Below, piece by piece: positions 59,186 to 64,000 of a stretch of 64,000 bases of DNA. A program made the position numbers and the translations under genes. Numbering within the stretch: position 1 is the first letter of the stretch; the number at the start of each line of letters is the position of its first letter. The notes beneath the pieces were generated by a model that ran no database searches, had not been told where the DNA came from, and saw nothing but the letters and a program-made list of their open reading frames with translations. The stretch comes from Candidatus Nanoarchaeia archaeon (lineage in GTDB: Archaea; Nanobdellota; Nanobdellia; SCGC-AAA011-G17; GW2011-AR18). The DNA lies in contig DATDWR010000022.1 in assembly GCA_035289605.1 (NCBI GenBank), positions 45,295 through 109,294 on the forward strand, read 5' to 3'.

Positions 59186-59497
59186 TTACCTCTCTAGTAA
59201 ATTTATTTCTATATTAACGCCTTTAGGCAGTGGAACTCTCATTATCAGCCTTAACGCCCTCTCATCAACCCCTAAATCAATTAGTCTTTTATGGACTCTC
59301 ATCTCAAACCTGTCAAAGCTTGCTTTTCCATCTCCGCATGGTGTTTTTCTTGTTGTTATTTTTAGTCTTTTTGTAGGGAAGGGTATTGGTCCTTTTATTA
59401 TTGTGTTAGTTTTCTTTGCTATGTCTACTATTGAATTTAGTACATCATTCAGCTTGTCCATTTCTGCGCTTGCTAGTTTTATTCTTGCTGTCTGCAT
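59186..59497 (-). CDS. rpsJ: 30S ribosomal protein S10 (uS10)
   Basis: KGPIPFPTK...TRKTPCGDG...FEMRVHKRLID. Confidence 0.97.
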   Translation of the reverse strand: MQTARIKLASAEMDKLNDVLNSIVDIAKKTNTIIKGPIPFPTKRLKITTRKTPCGDGKASFDRFEMRVHKRLIDLGVDERALRLIMRVPLPKGVNIEINLLER

Positions 59498-59542
59498 ATT
59501 GTTGAGAATTAATTGTAGTTTTATAAAGGTTTCTAATTATTC

Positions 59543-60735
59543 CAGTATCTCCGAATGAACTTATTTAGTGAGATTCAGCTTCGGCTGAATCTAGGCACAA
59601 ACCAGTGGTTTTTGCATTTTCCTTTCAGATGAAGCTTAGCTTCTGCTTATTTTAATACTAATTTCCCCTCAGTTTAATAGAGCTCCCGCTATTCCCCTAA
59701 TCAGCAAGAGTCATTGTTGAATGTTTTTTCAAGTTGTTTGTAAGTTTCTCTTACAAATTTTTTGAAAGTGATTTCTGTTTTATGATATAGATTCCATGCA
59801 AGTAAAAGCAACATAGAGATTGTGAAGTAAAACATTCTTATTACTGGATTAGTGCTTTTACTTTTTATTTTTGCTTCATCATGAACACGAAACATTGTTT
59901 CTATGTTCCATCGTTTCTTGTATAAAGAAACATATTTTCTTGCTTCCTGCAAGAAAATGTTTGAAGCAAAAACCCAGTCATGTTCTTTGAAGTTTTTTAT
60001 TAATGTAATATTTGTTTGTGCTTTATGTTTGCTTTTGTTTTTTGAATACTTTACTCTATATTCTATTACTGCTTGTTTTTCTACTGATTCAAGCATTGGC
60101 TTGAATGCTTTATTTTTTGGAACAAAAATAAGATAGTTTGCATTTTTCATTTGCAAAGTGCCTATTATGTCTCCTGAATAAAATCCTCGATCGAAAAGTA
60201 AGCAACTGAATTTTATTCCAATGTTGTTTGCATAGCCTATTGCTTTTCCTAAGTATTCTGTCTTGAAAGCTCCTACAGGCAGAATACTTATGTAAAATGG
60301 AATCATCTGATTTCTAAACAAAATTGCCACAACCAGAAACCTGAACTTTCCTACAATTCCTTTTTCTCCAGTCCAGCCATGAATATACAAACTGGAAGTT
60401 TTTCCATAGAAATCTTCTTCAGTTATATCTGCAACTAATTTTACGCAACCAAGTCTTTGTTTGCGTATGAGTTCTTTAGCGAACCTAAAGAACTCGATAG
60501 TTATTGTTTCTGAATAATTTTTATTTATATTCCAATGTAAACTATCTGCTATACATTCATTTATATTTTCTACATAAGTATTTTCTTTGCTAGCTTCAGA
60601 AACCGCAAGTATTACCTCTTCCCTGTTAATACAAAGCTTTTTTAAAAAGCTTTTCACTAATCTCTTCACGTTTGATTCAGAGATTAATCAATGCACAACT
60701 AGTGCATTGATTTTTCTCTAAATTCTGAAGTAGTA
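59543..60735 (-). mobile_element. ISH3-like insertion sequence (IS4 superfamily), ends approximate
   Basis: Transposase plus imperfect ends CAGTATCTCCGAAT / TACTACTTCAGAAT (9/14 match); hairpins at 59571-59592 and 60688-60712; no clear target-site duplication. Confidence 0.6.
59701..60669 (-). CDS. DDE transposase (ISH3/IS4-like)
   Basis: ADITEEDFYG, FDRGFYS, YKKRWNIETMFR. Confidence 0.9.
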   Translation of the reverse strand: MKRLVKSFLKKLCINREEVILAVSEASKENTYVENINECIADSLHWNINKNYSETITIEFFRFAKELIRKQRLGCVKLVADITEEDFYGKTSSLYIHGWTGEKGIVGKFRFLVVAILFRNQMIPFYISILPVGAFKTEYLGKAIGYANNIGIKFSCLLFDRGFYSGDIIGTLQMKNANYLIFVPKNKAFKPMLESVEKQAVIEYRVKYSKNKSKHKAQTNITLIKNFKEHDWVFASNIFLQEARKYVSLYKKRWNIETMFRVHDEAKIKSKSTNPVIRMFYFTISMLLLLAWNLYHKTEITFKKFVRETYKQLEKTFNNDSC

Positions 60736-60743
60736 AAAATCAC

Positions 60744-61595
60744 TTAGGAGACACTGTGTTTTAGTGCAAGCACTAAAACATAACCAACAAGACACCCTAT
60801 GGTTAGAAAAGGCATTGCAGGATAAAACTTTTTCTTCTCTGCAAGGAAAAATAACAAGGTCAATGCTATTGCTGCAGAAGCAGAAACTATTAAAGCGTAT
60901 TGAAGGCCAAAAATCTTCATAATGACGCCTGAAAAAAGCAGCGGAAATCCAATGTCGCCGCCGCCAAGAATTGCCTGTTCGACAGCTGCTGATTTTGCAG
61001 ATTTCACGTTCTTTGCCTTTATGCTTTTTACAGAATAAGGAACAAAAAGACCTGCAAAAACATTTGACTCAGCCTGGAACTTTGCCAAAGAAACCATGTG
61101 CTTAGTCTTCCAGACAGCAATAAAATCATAAATGGATATCAATACCAAGAGAACTGCTGCAGAAACTACATTAAGGACAGGAACAAAAATTGCAGCAAGG
61201 CCTCCATATATAAAAAGTTCTGTAAAGTTATGCACAATTATTGAAGGCTTGAATATCTTTACAATAGAAAAAATCAAGGCAACAGCAACAGCTACAATCT
61301 CTGGAAGAAACGAATTGAATGATATTGACAATGTTATAAAGACGCTGAGAAAAAACCAAAGCTTCCACAATCTCACAGCCCTGAACTTCAGGAGAAGCAA
61401 AGCAAGAGCAGTAGCCACAATTATAGTCACAAATATTGGAAAATAAGAAGTTTTCTCGTCGAATTCAGGCTTTTGGATGTTCAGTGGAAGGGGCTGCTCA
61501 TCTGGCAGGTAATGCTTTACAATAAATAAGCCAATAACATGAGATGCAAGAAACAAGAATACAAGCAATAAAGTAATCTTAAGATCATGCTTCAT
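60744..61595 (-). CDS. Presenilin/SPP-like intramembrane aspartyl protease (A22)
   Basis: SIYDFIAV, LGGGDIGFP, PAMPF. Confidence 0.92.
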   Translation of the reverse strand: MKHDLKITLLLVFLFLASHVIGLFIVKHYLPDEQPLPLNIQKPEFDEKTSYFPIFVTIIVATALALLLLKFRAVRLWKLWFFLSVFITLSISFNSFLPEIVAVAVALIFSIVKIFKPSIIVHNFTELFIYGGLAAIFVPVLNVVSAAVLLVLISIYDFIAVWKTKHMVSLAKFQAESNVFAGLFVPYSVKSIKAKNVKSAKSAAVEQAILGGGDIGFPLLFSGVIMKIFGLQYALIVSASAAIALTLLFFLAEKKKFYPAMPFLTIGCLVGYVLVLALKHSVS

Positions 61596-61645
61596 AAGTA
61601 TAATCCTTTTCTATGGTTTATTTAAAACTTTGGTCGATTATGAAC

Positions 61646-62329
61646 CTATAAAATTGTGTAAAGCATCCATACTCCAAGTGCAATTAATACTAATCCTATC
61701 AGTAATCTCATCAATCCCTTATGCTTCTGTCTCCACTTTTCAAACTTTTCTGCAGACATTTTCCTATAAACAAGAAGAAGTATCACAACAAGAGGAAGCA
61801 CGAAAATAATATTGTATATTATAAGGAGAAGAACATTTGATATTGTAACACCACTAATTGACATCAGAGCCAAAACAGCAAGGTAAACAGCACCTGTGCA
61901 AGGAAGCTCAACAAGGGCAACAAATACACCCAAGAAAAATGCAGTTGCCGGCCTGTCGCTAACTCCTTTAATATACTTTTTAATTCTTTCAGCCTCTGAA
62001 GGAAATATGCTAAGAGAAAGCCACTTTCCGTAGACAAAAAAGTCCTTAATTTCCAGCAGTCCAGCTATTATTACGATGCCTGCAATCACAATGTATGAAA
62101 TTACAGAGAATGCCCCTAATTTTTGAATTAATGGAAGAAGAATCAAACCTGCAACAAAATAGGTTGTGAAAACTGCGATTATGTAAATCATTCCGTTCAG
62201 AAGCATCTTACTCTTCTTAGAGGACTTAGCCAGATAAGCAAGAAGGAATATCAACACTCCGAATGCGCATGGATTTATTCCGTCTATCAAAGATGCACCA
62301 ACAACTATAGGAAGATTAATGTCAACCAT
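61646..62329 (-). CDS. CcdA/DsbD-family transmembrane electron transporter
   Basis: DGINPCAF and ELPCTG cysteines, about six TMs. Confidence 0.85.
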   Translation of the reverse strand: MVDINLPIVVGASLIDGINPCAFGVLIFLLAYLAKSSKKSKMLLNGMIYIIAVFTTYFVAGLILLPLIQKLGAFSVISYIVIAGIVIIAGLLEIKDFFVYGKWLSLSIFPSEAERIKKYIKGVSDRPATAFFLGVFVALVELPCTGAVYLAVLALMSISGVTISNVLLLIIYNIIFVLPLVVILLLVYRKMSAEKFEKWRQKHKGLMRLLIGLVLIALGVWMLYTIL

Positions 62330-62470
62330 TTAACAGAACTCGCAAACCTTCTTTCTCTTTGACAATTTGAATTTTTTGCAGCATTCATTACAGCAGAACT
62401 TTTTACCTTCGTAACTTATTACTTTAGATTTCAGCAGACTTTTGCATACTTTACAAACATTATTTTTCAT
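62330..62470 (-). CDS. Small Cys-rich metal-binding protein (TRASH/metallothionein-like, 46 aa)
   Basis: MKNNVCKVCKSLLKSKVISYEGKKFCCNECCKKFKLSKEKKVCEFC; stop abuts the CcdA start. Confidence 0.75.
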   Translation of the reverse strand: MKNNVCKVCKSLLKSKVISYEGKKFCCNECCKKFKLSKRKKVCEFC

Positions 62471-62641
62471 TTTGCACCCTTTTTTAGTTTTTCTGGATTT
62501 TAAGTTAAATTGATTATTTATAAATTTTATTGGGAGTTCTTTTCTAAAAATCTTCTTTTATTATTAACTGTATAGTAATAACAAATAGAAAGCTTTATAA
62601 ATCCTCTAGTTGTTTCTAAATAGTTATAAACAGAGAAGAAA

Positions 62642-63427
62642 ATGATAGTAAGAGAAGATCTGCTTAAAAAGCTTAGAAGCACATTTAACCTTAACATTTA
62701 TGAGGTTAAGATATGGACAGCATTGCTCAGCAAGGGATCTGCAACAGCAGGAGAACTAAGCGACATGAGCAATGTACCTAGAAGCAGAAGCTATGACATT
62801 CTAGAAAGCCTTGAAAAGAAGGGATTTATAATCATGAAGCTCGGAAGGCCGATAAAATACCTGGCTGTACCACCACAAGAAATCATAAAAAGAGTAAAGA
62901 AAAGCCTTCAGGAAAAGGCTGAAGAAGAAGTCAAGCTTCTGGAGGATGTACAAAATACAGATGTATTCCAAGAACTAAGCCTGTTATTCAAACACGGAAT
63001 AGAAAGCATAGACCCAAGCTCAATAGCAGGAAGCTTCAAAGGAAGAAAAAATGTATACAACCACATAGCCAACTTAATGTCAAATGCTAAAAAAGAAGTC
63101 ATAATAGTAACAACAGCAGACGGGATTGTGAGAAAAGCTGAATACATGAAGTCGACATTAAGAAAACTAAAAAACAATAAGATTAATATAAAGATTGCAG
63201 CTTCCCTGAAAACTGAAGAGGCGAAAAAAGCAGCAGAAGAATTAAAACAGTATGCTGATGTGATAGACCTTGACTTAAATGCAAGATTTGTCATAGTAGA
63301 CAACAAAGAAATAGTCTTCATGGTAGGCGACAAAGTACATGAAAATGCAGATGTCGGGATATGGGCAACAACACCATTTTTTGCAAATGCTCTAAAATCA
63401 ATGCTGGACAAGGTCTGGGGCAAATAA
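62642..63427 (+). CDS. TrmB-family transcriptional regulator / chromatin protein
   Basis: LNIYEVKIWTALL, SNVPRSRSYDILESLEKKG, GRPIKY. Confidence 0.92.
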   Translation: MIVREDLLKKLRSTFNLNIYEVKIWTALLSKGSATAGELSDMSNVPRSRSYDILESLEKKGFIIMKLGRPIKYLAVPPQEIIKRVKKSLQEKAEEEVKLLEDVQNTDVFQELSLLFKHGIESIDPSSIAGSFKGRKNVYNHIANLMSNAKKEVIIVTTADGIVRKAEYMKSTLRKLKNNKINIKIAASLKTEEAKKAAEELKQYADVIDLDLNARFVIVDNKEIVFMVGDKVHENADVGIWATTPFFANALKSMLDKVWGK

Positions 63428-63428
63428 A

Positions 63429-63755
63429 ATGACAGATGAATTCTATTGTGCAAATCTTGGAGCGAATGGCGGATATGCTTTAGAATTATTTGAATATGGA
63501 CGCAGAAGCGTACTACAACCAGATTTACCATTATCTGAATTGCCTTCTCAAATAGAGGGTCTAATTAGAGGTGGATACACTATTCATTATAACTTGCCAA
63601 CAAGAGAGGATTCTAAAATGAGAAAATGTAATCCTAAAAAATTTGATGCGGATGAACTTAGAGTAATATTACAAGGCCTTAGAGATCCCAAAGCAATAAT
63701 AGACTGCAAAAAAGCATTATATGAAATGGCTTTTGAAAGCGGTTCTGAAGGATAA
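63429..63755 (+). CDS. Hypothetical protein
   Basis: ORF 1 nt downstream of the TrmB gene. Confidence 0.55.
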   Translation: MTDEFYCANLGANGGYALELFEYGRRSVLQPDLPLSELPSQIEGLIRGGYTIHYNLPTREDSKMRKCNPKKFDADELRVILQGLRDPKAIIDCKKALYEMAFESGSEG

Positions 63756-63788
63756 GATATTTAAACCAACTATTTTCTAATATACTTG

Positions 63789-64000
63789 ATGCATGACATA
63801 AAAAAGATAGTGAGACAATTACATCCTTTAGAAAGGAAAATACTGCCATTCTTAAAATCTTACAACACCTTAATTCAAATAACAAAAAATTCAGGAATGC
63901 AAGAAATAGAAGCTATAAGAGCACTACAATGGCTTGAAGCAAAAGGTATAGTAAAAACAGAGCAAATTGCGGTTAATGTTGCAAGGCCAACCAGCACGGG
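63789..64000 (+). CDS. pheS: Phenylalanine--tRNA ligase alpha subunit, N-terminal part (runs off window)
   Basis: MHDIKKIVRQLHPLERKILPFL...EAIRALQWLEAKGIV, wHTH-like N-terminus typical of archaeal PheS. Confidence 0.65.
   Translation, partial: MHDIKKIVRQLHPLERKILPFLKSYNTLIQITKNSGMQEIEAIRALQWLEAKGIVKTEQIAVNVARPTST

Noticed and set aside
182..63885. Many ORF-track entries antisense to or nested in identified genes (e.g. 36892-37497, 22362-22862, 62908-63531)
   Set aside because: Shadow ORFs of well-supported genes with no recognisable motifs.

Overview
AT-rich archaeal chromosome segment, most likely from a DPANN/Woesearchaeota-like lineage (inferred from gene content). Housekeeping genes: exosome/proteasome/RNase P superoperon, TyrRS, GluRS, AlaRS, CysRS, start of PheRS, Rpo10, S10, thermosome, ScpA, RNase HII. 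These are interleaved with giant N-glycosylation-rich surface-protein genes, several intact or decaying toxin-antitoxin modules, two free-standing endonuclease genes and an ISH3-like IS. The standout feature, absent from the ORF track, is a 246-nt initiator tRNA-Met gene (17210-17455, minus strand) split by seven short introns. Most sit in bulge-helix-bulge-like folds, and splicing gives a canonical 75-nt archaeal tRNA-iMet. A stand-alone LAGLIDADG gene overlaps its 3' end. A two-intron tRNA-Ser(CGA) is also present. Two paralogous tandem-HTH regulators, each preceded by 17-bp palindromes, are coupled to giant surface proteins. Strand compositional bias flips at the IS near 60 kb.
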